DNA of 64,000 bases, taken from an uncultured delta proteobacterium. GTDB taxonomy: Bacteria > Desulfobacterota > Desulfomonilia > Desulfomonilales > Desulfomonilaceae. How positions within the stretch are numbered: position 1 is the stretch's first letter; each line of letters starts with the position of its first letter. A program made the position numbers and the translations under genes. The notes beneath the pieces were generated by a model that searched no databases, had not been told where the DNA came from, and saw only the letters and a list, made by a program, of their open reading frames with translations. The stretch lies in assembly GCA_963789265.1 (NCBI GenBank), contig CAWBKB010000003.1:192001-256000 (forward strand), read 5' to 3'. Positions 52,050 through 60,262 of the stretch are shown here, piece by piece.

Positions 52050-54383
52050 ATGGTTGATATCCGGAAAAGGTTTTCACTTAGGCTCGGACTTTTCGCCGCA
52101 GCGCTTATGTCCCTGGTTTCCGTCGTAACTCTCTGTAGCGTGCTTCCCGATTATCGCGACGCCGTGAACGAACAGCGGAGCCGCACGGGCGTCACCGTGA
52201 CGGACCGTAACAACCGGCTCCTAAGGCTGTTACCTGACGGGAAAGGCCGCTTCTGTCTTTGGTGCGGCAGAAAACAGATCCCACAGTCTCTCAAACTTGC
52301 CTTTATCGCGGCCGAGGACCGGAGGTTCTATTACCATTGCGGATTTGATCCCATAGCTATACTCCGAGCCGCGTTCACTAATCTGCGGCGGTGGAGAACG
52401 GTGTCCGGGGCTTCCACTATAACGGAGCAAGTGGTTCGTTTGATCCATCCAAGGCCGAGAACGTATCTCACCAAGATGTTGGAACTCCTGGAAAGTGTGA
52501 AAATGGAAAGTCAGCTTTCCAAGGATGAAATTCTCGAACTCCTTCTTAATCTCTCACCCATGGGAGGAAATCTGCGCGGAGTAGGCGCAGCGGCAAGACT
52601 TTATTTCGGCAAGGATGTTGAGCGGATAAGTACGGCCGAAGCAGCGATACTTGCCGCAATCCCACGCTCTCCGTCGCGATACGACTCTCGTAAAGCCGCG
52701 GGCAGGAAACGTCTGCTGGCCGCAAAAGACCGCATCCTCAGACGCATGGCTGCGCTTGGATGGACGTCTCCGGAACAACTGAAACTAATGATCGGATCGG
52801 CTGTTCTTTTGGTAAGGAGGGCCATTCCTCTAGAGGCCCCACACTTGGTTGACCTGCTAGTCAGGCGGGAGCCGGACCGGCAAAATACTATCAAGACCAC
52901 TGTGGACCTGGAGATTCAACGGTCTCTCGAGCGCATACTTCTATCCCACAAGGATCGCTTAGCTGCAATGGGCATTCGTCAGGCCGGGGCCATAGTAATT
53001 GCAGCACAAAGCGGCGAAGTGCTCGGCATAGTAGGTTCCTTCAGTTACTCCAACCGGGCGCAAGGGTACAACAATGCCGTTCTTGCACGGCGCAGCGCGG
53101 GTTCCACGCTCAAGCCATTTCTGTATGCCCTGGCTTTGGAAAAAGGTTACAACGGCTTTTCCGAGATTCCCGACACATTCAGGAGCTATCCTACTCCTCA
53201 CGGGGATTATCTTCCGTATAACGCAGACCGTCGCTGGTACGGGCCGGTAACGATACGTTTAGCTCTGGGCAATTCGCTGAATATGCCGGCTGTGAAGTTG
53301 TTGAGATCTCTTGGCGTCAATGAGTTCTACAAGCTGCTGGCGCGCCTGGACTTAGTTGACAATCCTTCGATGCCGCCCGAAAGCTACGGGCTTGGTTTAG
53401 CCATCGGAAATTTGGATGTGAACTTGTATGACCTTGCTCAGGCGTACGCAACGTTAGCCCGGAAAGGTATGTTCAAACCTTTGAGGCTGACCCTTGACCG
53501 AAAAACCGCAGAAACGAGGATCTTCTCCCCCGAGGCTGTGTACGCAATCAACAACATTCTGGCAGACCCGACCGCTCGCCTGTTGACCTTCGGCAACCCG
53601 GCGTTCTTCGATTTCGGCTTTCCAGTGTGCGTCAAGACCGGCACCAGCAGCAGCTACCGCGATTGTTGGATAATCGCTTATACGTCGAGGCACGTGGTGG
53701 GCATCTGGGCCGGCAACTTCGACGGGCGTCCGACCAGTGGCGGAGCCGGCGCTACCGCGCTCGGCCCCATCGCTAAAGAAATCATGGAGCATCTTTATGC
53801 CGCGGGGGAACCCGAACCGTTTGTAAATCCCCCAGGAGTGCGGGTGGTATCCATTTGTTGGCCGTCGGGTAAGCTGGCATCCCCGAGATGTCCCCACGTG
53901 ACCAAGGAGTTGCTTTTGCCCGGACACAAAGCGCCAGAATTGTGCGATCTTCCCCACGAGCAGGCCGAGAATTACTACTTAGGGTCGCAATATGCCGACT
54001 GGATACAGCGTCGCGAGGTACGACAAGGCCGAGGGAGGTTCCGTCTGGTTAGCCCTGAAATGGAGCTCCCGGGATCGGTCGCGGCACACGAAAACGCTTT
54101 TGCTATGTGGCGCGGCGCGGCTGAGACGACTTCGAGCATCGAGATCGTTTCGCCACACAACTCCGACCGATTCATCCTCTCCCCTCATACTTCTTCTCGT
54201 GTCCTTTTTCGTGCCGTTCCCCATCCTGTCGTGGATCATGTCGTTTGGCTCGTGGATGGAGTTGAAATCACCAGCACACCCCCACCCTATGAGTACTTTT
54301 GGAAGCTTGTCCGTGGCCGGCACACGGTTTATGCAGTTACCCCAAATGGAGCGGCCGCTCAAGTGACTTTTCAAGTGGATTAG
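52050..54383 (+). CDS. pbpC: Penicillin-binding protein 1C
   Basis: AEDRRFYYH, SGASTITEQ, AGSTLKPF, SLN, KTGTS; C-terminal PBP1C domain (WLVDG). Confidence 0.92.
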   Translation: MVDIRKRFSLRLGLFAAALMSLVSVVTLCSVLPDYRDAVNEQRSRTGVTVTDRNNRLLRLLPDGKGRFCLWCGRKQIPQSLKLAFIAAEDRRFYYHCGFDPIAILRAAFTNLRRWRTVSGASTITEQVVRLIHPRPRTYLTKMLELLESVKMESQLSKDEILELLLNLSPMGGNLRGVGAAARLYFGKDVERISTAEAAILAAIPRSPSRYDSRKAAGRKRLLAAKDRILRRMAALGWTSPEQLKLMIGSAVLLVRRAIPLEAPHLVDLLVRREPDRQNTIKTTVDLEIQRSLERILLSHKDRLAAMGIRQAGAIVIAAQSGEVLGIVGSFSYSNRAQGYNNAVLARRSAGSTLKPFLYALALEKGYNGFSEIPDTFRSYPTPHGDYLPYNADRRWYGPVTIRLALGNSLNMPAVKLLRSLGVNEFYKLLARLDLVDNPSMPPESYGLGLAIGNLDVNLYDLAQAYATLARKGMFKPLRLTLDRKTAETRIFSPEAVYAINNILADPTARLLTFGNPAFFDFGFPVCVKTGTSSSYRDCWIIAYTSRHVVGIWAGNFDGRPTSGGAGATALGPIAKEIMEHLYAAGEPEPFVNPPGVRVVSICWPSGKLASPRCPHVTKELLLPGHKAPELCDLPHEQAENYYLGSQYADWIQRREVRQGRGRFRLVSPEMELPGSVAAHENAFAMWRGAAETTSSIEIVSPHNSDRFILSPHTSSRVLFRAVPHPVVDHVVWLVDGVEITSTPPPYEYFWKLVRGRHTVYAVTPNGAAAQVTFQVD

Positions 54384-54449
54384 AGCCATTCTCGAAAGTA
54401 ATCATGGATTGTAAAGAGCGATTCCTGTGAATAGTAGCACCGGCCTCCG

Positions 54450-54660
54450 GAGACTGTCTCAAAACTATTTTGATGCCCGGAATCGTGCTACGATGTCAGC
54501 CTGGTGGGCATTTTCGGTGCCCTCACCCCAGCCCTCTCTCAGAGGGAGAGGGAGCTGATCCAAGGTCTCTATTAACGTTCCCTCGCCCTTTGGGAGAGGG
54601 TCAGGGTGAGGGAATTTCGTGGTACGATTGCATCCAGTTCAAGAGTTTTGAGACAGTTTC
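54450..54660. mobile_element. ~210-bp MITE, copy 2, with 4-bp TSD TCCG
   Basis: GAGACTGTCTCAAAAC...GTTTTGAGACAGTTTC; TCCG at 54446-54449 and 54661-54664. Confidence 0.85.
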
Positions 54661-54822
54661 TCCGCGCCGGTGGCCCATTCCCTCCAAAATCAACCACGCC
54701 GCAGGCGTGGCCGGCAAGGACGCCGGCACTACTGATTCTTCTCGATGCCGGTATTGGATTACGTGAAAACTTTCGAGAACCGCTGTAGACTTCGACAGGT
54801 TGACCCGCCATTGTCCAAGACT

Positions 54823-54997
54823 TATGGCAATTGCCAAAAATAATGTCCAACCAGGCAACCTCGGCAAGACCGCGCTCGTCATTCCGGCCAACTCCGGACA
54901 GGCGTCCGGAGCAAGAGCCGGAATCCAGATTCTGGACCCCGGATCGAGTCCGGGGTGACGGTCTCTTTCCCGCAAATCGGACAAAATTTTCGGCAAT
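54823..54997. mobile_element. MITE-like element with internal CGTCATTCCGG...CCGGGGTGACG palindrome
   Basis: ATTGCCAAAAATAATGTCC vs reverse complement ATTGCCGAAAATTTTGTCC; a partial copy lies at ~14998-15066. Confidence 0.65.
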
Positions 54998-55096
54998 GAA
55001 TGTTGGATGCCTCCTCAAGAGGATTTTGTAGTAATAGGTAGGGGCGAGTTTGAAACCAGTTCTATCAAAAAGCTTTCTCACACGGGGCTATACTTT

Positions 55097-57766
55097 ATGA
55101 GATTCATATTTGCCAATCACGACCGCTCAACCCAAATAGCGAAAATTCGCAACGGAATCGGAGATTATCGCGCCCAAGGAGCGTCCGACCCCAGGCATTT
55201 TCAAATGCATCAAGCTTATGACGATCTGTTGGCACAACTGGCAGACCACTTTCTTGGCCACTGGAAGAACGAAATTGCCCTGCTGGGACTCGGAGGGTAC
55301 GGGCGCAAGGAAATGAGTCCGTACTCGGACATCGACATTCTCTTTCTACGCCCTGAAAATGCCCCCGAAGGCATCTATAGAGGAATACGAAACCTGCTGT
55401 ACCTGCTGTGGGACGCACGAATAGAGCTGGGTCACTCGGTACGGACCGTCGAGGAATGTAAGCGGGAGGCAGACAATGACCTGGCCGTTCTCACCTCACT
55501 CATGGATACTCGCCACGTCTGGGGAAATGAAAGTATCTATCGAAAACTGGCCGTAACGAGAGAGAGGCTCATACTGGATACCGACCCGCTGGAGTTGTAT
55601 CTCAAGATAGAGGCAGAGATTCACAAATCTTACGACAAGTTCGGGCATACCCTCTACCTTTTGGAACCTCATCTGAAGGAAGGCCCCGGCTCGTTACGAT
55701 ATATCCAGTTGATCGCTTGGCTTGCCCGGATGATCTTCGGGTGCCGGGGCCTCGACGATTTGCCTATAGCCGGGATCTGCGGTCGCAAAGCGCTTGAAGA
55801 GGTCAAGGAAGGAACGTGTTTCCTTGCCGAAGTCCGGACTAGACTCCATTTCCTTGCAGGCAGGCGCGATGATCGCCTCAAGTTCGACGCGCAGGACATT
55901 CTTGCCGCGGAAATGGGGTTTGAAGACACGGCAGAGCACCGCGACGTCGAGGGTTTCATGCGTGAATATTATCGACACGCAGCGACCCTCGATTTTTTCG
56001 GCCGACGTGTTCTGGCCCGAGTTCGGCTGTTTCTGAGGCCCAAAATCGCTACAGGTGTGAAACGTTTGAAGCTGGACGATTCATTTTACATAGGGGCGGG
56101 CGGTATAAATCATTTCCACCCCAATAACTTTGGTGCCGACCCCAAGACACTCATCCATGCATTTCAGAAGATCGCCGAAACCGGGTGCGACCTGGATATC
56201 AGGCTTGTGGATCTGATTCTCAAACGACTTCGATCTTTGGGAGAGGAAGTGGCCTCTGATAGCGAGGCAAGCAATCTTTTTCTGGACATGTTTCGGAGAA
56301 GCGGTTCGGTTGCACGGGCCTTGAACGCCATGATGAAGATAGGACTTCTGGAGCGCTTCGTCCCAGAATTTGCTTGGGTGCGCTTTCTGCCTCAACATGA
56401 TGTGTACCACCAATATACGGTGGACCTTCACACCGTCGCGGTCCTCGAGAATATCGATTCGTTCAACCGTCCCAGCGACGATCCCGAAGACGCCTTGCTT
56501 CACACCATTTTCTCCAAGCTGGAAGACCGCGAAGTTCTCTACTTGGCCGGCCTTTTCCATGACGTTGGCAAAGGGAGGGGGCCGGGCCACGAAGTGCGGG
56601 GTGAAGAGACGGCAAGGTCGGCTCTCGTACGCTTGGGCCTATCCGCAGAGCACATAGATGAAGTCTGTTTCCTCATACGCAATCATTTGGCTATGACTCA
56701 CCTGGCTTTCAAGAAAGATCTCCACGATGAAGCGCTCGTGGGACGCTTTGCCGAAACCGTTATGCATAAACGGCGACTCGACTTGCTTATGCTGCTCACA
56801 CATGCGGACTTGAGAGCGGTGGGCCCGACGGCGCTCAGCTCCTGGCGGAAAATGTTGCTGGACGAGTTATATTACAGAACCCTAGATGTCATCGGAGGCG
56901 AAGGCCTCGGTGGAGAAGATTTGGGAGACTGGATCAAACAAATAAAAGCGGTTGTCCGCGACCTTGTGCCCTCGGAACACAGGGGGCCGGCATTGGAACA
57001 ATACCTGGCTTCAGCGGGTTCTCGCTACTTTCTGGATTTTTATCCCGGAGTGATCGCGGAGCATTATCTCGATCTCCAAAATTACTTAGTAGCCCACGGT
57101 CTCACCAGCCTTGGACTAGGCGACATGATGGCGAGAAAGGTGGACCACCAAAGGCCGGCTTATAGCTCTATCACTTTGATCACCCACGACAGACCCGGCC
57201 TTTTCTTCAGAATTTCGGGAACTCTCTCGGTGAACCGGATTAATATCCTGGGAGCCTGGAGTCACACCATAGGTGATGTAGCCGTGGGAACGTTTCACGT
57301 CAACGACATTCCAGAGGGAGCCCTGGATGATCCTGAACGCTGGGAGCAGTTTTGTGCCGATTTCGCGCGTGTGATAAGTGGTGAGGCCGACGTGGATGAG
57401 CTGATGGCAGCCAGAAGGTCCATGAGAAAGCCTTTTCCCACAGCCTTCAGACCGCGGTTCCCGTTGAAAGTGGAAATCGACAATGCTGCTTCGGACCGAG
57501 CAACGATTATAGAGGTCAACGCTCACGACCGTCCCGGCCTTCTTTACGACATCACCCGTCGACTTACGGCTCTAGGACTCGATATAGTCGTGACCAAAAT
57601 TACCACCGAAGTAGATCAAGCCGCGGACATCTTCTACGTGCAGGATAAAAATGGACTCAAAATTATTGACTTCGACCGTCTGGAAGAGATTAGAACCAGT
57701 CTGCACGACCATCTAGTGGCTATGGAGGAGTCGCAGTTCACGGAGCCGAAAGAAGCATCAGGCTAA
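55097..57766 (+). CDS. glnD: [Protein-PII] uridylyltransferase
   Basis: LGGYGRKEMSPYSDIDIL, LEPHLKEGPG, YHQYTVDLH, FHDVGKG, two ACT domains (DRPGLF, DRPGLL). Confidence 0.96.
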   Translation: MRFIFANHDRSTQIAKIRNGIGDYRAQGASDPRHFQMHQAYDDLLAQLADHFLGHWKNEIALLGLGGYGRKEMSPYSDIDILFLRPENAPEGIYRGIRNLLYLLWDARIELGHSVRTVEECKREADNDLAVLTSLMDTRHVWGNESIYRKLAVTRERLILDTDPLELYLKIEAEIHKSYDKFGHTLYLLEPHLKEGPGSLRYIQLIAWLARMIFGCRGLDDLPIAGICGRKALEEVKEGTCFLAEVRTRLHFLAGRRDDRLKFDAQDILAAEMGFEDTAEHRDVEGFMREYYRHAATLDFFGRRVLARVRLFLRPKIATGVKRLKLDDSFYIGAGGINHFHPNNFGADPKTLIHAFQKIAETGCDLDIRLVDLILKRLRSLGEEVASDSEASNLFLDMFRRSGSVARALNAMMKIGLLERFVPEFAWVRFLPQHDVYHQYTVDLHTVAVLENIDSFNRPSDDPEDALLHTIFSKLEDREVLYLAGLFHDVGKGRGPGHEVRGEETARSALVRLGLSAEHIDEVCFLIRNHLAMTHLAFKKDLHDEALVGRFAETVMHKRRLDLLMLLTHADLRAVGPTALSSWRKMLLDELYYRTLDVIGGEGLGGEDLGDWIKQIKAVVRDLVPSEHRGPALEQYLASAGSRYFLDFYPGVIAEHYLDLQNYLVAHGLTSLGLGDMMARKVDHQRPAYSSITLITHDRPGLFFRISGTLSVNRINILGAWSHTIGDVAVGTFHVNDIPEGALDDPERWEQFCADFARVISGEADVDELMAARRSMRKPFPTAFRPRFPLKVEIDNAASDRATIIEVNAHDRPGLLYDITRRLTALGLDIVVTKITTEVDQAADIFYVQDKNGLKIIDFDRLEEIRTSLHDHLVAMEESQFTEPKEASG

Positions 57767-57784
57767 GAGGAGCCGGAACGCTGC

Positions 57785-58697
57785 ATGAAAACAGTGAAAC
57801 CTTCTGAAATGGATCTTGTGGTGTCGGGGTACCTGGATCACCTGATCGTGGACAGGGGCCTTGCCCGTTTGACGGTCGAATCTGTACGGTACGGACATGA
57901 AGGACTTTTCGCGGTTTCTGGCTAGTAGGGGTGGACGAACCGCTACGAATATTCGCCGTGAGGATCTCTTGACATATCTCTCGCTGCTTGACAGTCGGCG
58001 ACTCAGTGCAAGAACAAGAGCCCGAAAAATCTCGTGCATTAGAACCTTTTTCCGATTTCTCATGGAGACAGGCCAAATCCAAGAGGACCCTTCCGATCAG
58101 ATCGATTCTCCCCGCCTCCCCAAGCGGATCCCTCAGTACCTTGAACCCGAAGAGGTCGAACTTCTCCTGTCGGCCACAGATCCGACAACGCTGGAAGGCA
58201 AGCGGGACGCTGCCATGTTGGAATTGCTGTACGCCACCGGCCTGCGAGTCTCCGAACTGGTGGAATTAGATCTCTATCGTGTGGACCTTGAGATTGGATG
58301 CGTCACGGTAATGGGGAAAGGTTCGAAGGAGAGAGTAGTCCCCATGGGAATCCCTGCTTCTCGGTCGATCATGAACTACTTGGAAGACGTGAGGCCACGC
58401 ATCCTGGGTGGGATGCGCAGTGCGGCCTTGTTCGTGACACGGCGCGGGCGGTCGATGACGCGCCAGGGATTCTGGAAAATCGTAAAGAAGACCGCTAATT
58501 GTGCGGGTATTCGCAAGCAGGTCTCTCCTCACACGCTGCGCCACTCCTTTGCAACACATTTGGTTCAGAATGATGCTGACCTGAGGTCCGTGCAGATAAT
58601 GCTCGGCCATGCGGACATTTCAACCACCGAGATTTACACCCATGTGGCTCGGCAACGCCTCAAACAACTCCACGCCTCCTGTCACCCCCGAGGATAG
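57785..58697 (+). CDS. xerD: Site-specific tyrosine recombinase XerD; +1 frameshift near 57882
   Basis: N-terminus YLDHLIVDRGLARLTVES|YGTDM joins on removing one base; LELLYATGLRVSEL, GKGSKER, SPHTLRHSFATHL, LGHADISTTEIYTHV. Confidence 0.93.
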
Positions 58698-58824
58698 AGT
58701 TTGTAACCAACGAATGTTTCTCAATAGTCGCCCGGCAGAGAATACGGAAGGATAGGTAGCGATCCCGTGGGATTAATAGGTCGCCAGCCTAATGACACCA
58801 ACTCGCCATCAAACGACAAATGCA

Positions 58825-59074
58825 GCACGGATCTGACAAAGCCCAGATCCGTGGCACCCAGGACCCGATCTTGACTGGATGTTGGGTGCCACTGACCTGA
58901 GCACCATCATGGCGCCAGGTCAGTGCCGTTTGCGATCGGCCCATTCTCGTTAGTTTGAAAGCGAAATGCCATGAGACCAATTGGCTGCTGGTTGCCCGCA
59001 CAGTCGTGTATGACGACATGTCGGGGCAGGTTTGAAACCTGCCCATATCAGAACACTGCGTCACTTGTGTGAAA
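58825..59074. repeat. GTGGCACCC-type hairpin cluster and degenerate ~85-bp repeat copy
   Basis: CACGGATCTG..CAGATCCGTG, GTGGCACCCA..TGGGTGCCAC, CACTGACCTG..CAGGTCAGTG; repeat copy at 58993-59074. Confidence 0.65.
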
Positions 59075-59123
59075 GAGCACCGGAACTATACCCGTATAAG
59101 GGCTACCGGCCGCCCGGGCGACG

Positions 59124-60119
59124 TTATGGCCTAGGAGCCGGCGGAGGCGCCGTCCGATTTGGAGGCGGTGTACCAGGGGTCGGGACTGGGGTTCCGGGAG
59201 CGGGGGGCGCGCCTTCCTCAGGAGTCGCGGCGGTCTCCTCCTCTGTCGTTGCGCTGACAGGGTGATGCGCAGGTCTACCGATGCCCTGGCTGGACAATGC
59301 CTCACGTATGCTCTCCCGCGTTATGATCGTTCCCGGGGGGGCCGCATAAGAAGGATGGGCAAGATCCATTCCCGAGCATTTCCAGATGTAGACAAACGTC
59401 TGAAGAATGTTGTTGATCATGTTGTTGTACACGGCGTTTATATCCACATTGGTCATGATCATGTTTGTGTTGAACTTGTCCGGCGCGCGGAACAGCGCAA
59501 ACGTGTCTTCTCTCATCTGTGCGACGTAATGGTCGTTCTTGATATGTTCGAAAGTGGGCATATCCTCGGGCTTGAGCCGTTCCATGAGTTCGCCCAGCGA
59601 ATGAAAATCTCCGTATCCGTCATTATAGAGCCAGATGGGAATAACCCTATCGACCAATGTTTCATCCATAATCATCGAAAACTTTTCCAGATACTCGAGA
59701 TCCGGAAACGCCGGCATTTTCTGGAGTATGATGGAGTATGCGATCATCCCGAGCCTGCCGGACAGATTGGAAGCTGGGGTATCGAGCTTGATCTCTCCGC
59801 CTTTGAATGCCGCGACGCAATAAGGAATATCGCGGCTCAAACGCGCATACGCTTCTCTACGAATTTCCTCGATATCCAGGCATTTTTGCGGATTTATCCG
59901 AATATCACGAGTTATAAAAGTCATACCGCGCATAAAGTCATAGCGATTCTGATAGAGGTATGAGCCCATCGCCCGAGGCAGCAATCTCAGAATATCTTTT
60001 GTCACCATGTACAAGAAGCTGACATGGGTATCGTAAGGGATGTACGCCTGCACCGGCGCGGCCGCAGTCACAATTAGCAGAGCCATCACCACTATTCTGA
60101 AAAGAGTTCGGGTTGACAT
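59124..60119 (-). CDS. Secreted hypothetical helical protein with Pro-rich tail
   Basis: RBS GGAGGA, signal peptide ending VQA, tail PPAPGTPVPTPGTPPP. Confidence 0.75.
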   Translation of the reverse strand: MSTRTLFRIVVMALLIVTAAAPVQAYIPYDTHVSFLYMVTKDILRLLPRAMGSYLYQNRYDFMRGMTFITRDIRINPQKCLDIEEIRREAYARLSRDIPYCVAAFKGGEIKLDTPASNLSGRLGMIAYSIILQKMPAFPDLEYLEKFSMIMDETLVDRVIPIWLYNDGYGDFHSLGELMERLKPEDMPTFEHIKNDHYVAQMREDTFALFRAPDKFNTNMIMTNVDINAVYNNMINNILQTFVYIWKCSGMDLAHPSYAAPPGTIITRESIREALSSQGIGRPAHHPVSATTEEETAATPEEGAPPAPGTPVPTPGTPPPNRTAPPPAPRP

Positions 60120-60262
60120 CCACGGTCCTCCTTGAGAAGACAGATTCCCCATTTGTTCGAGGAATCTCCTACCGCAAGGAGGATATCATATAATATTAAT
60201 AAAAGCAATTTAATTTCAATAGGCTAAGTACTGATTTTAATGTTAAATATAAGCGTCCCGCC

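Noticed and set aside
57785..58697. Tyrosine recombinase as a phage or island integrase
   Set aside because: Motifs and size fit housekeeping XerD, it follows glnD, and no att sites or cargo are visible.
60221..60248. Possible dif site (TAATGTTAAAT) near xerD
   Set aside because: Only the XerD arm is similar; there is no XerC arm ending in ATAA at the 6-bp spacing. More likely an AT-rich promoter region.
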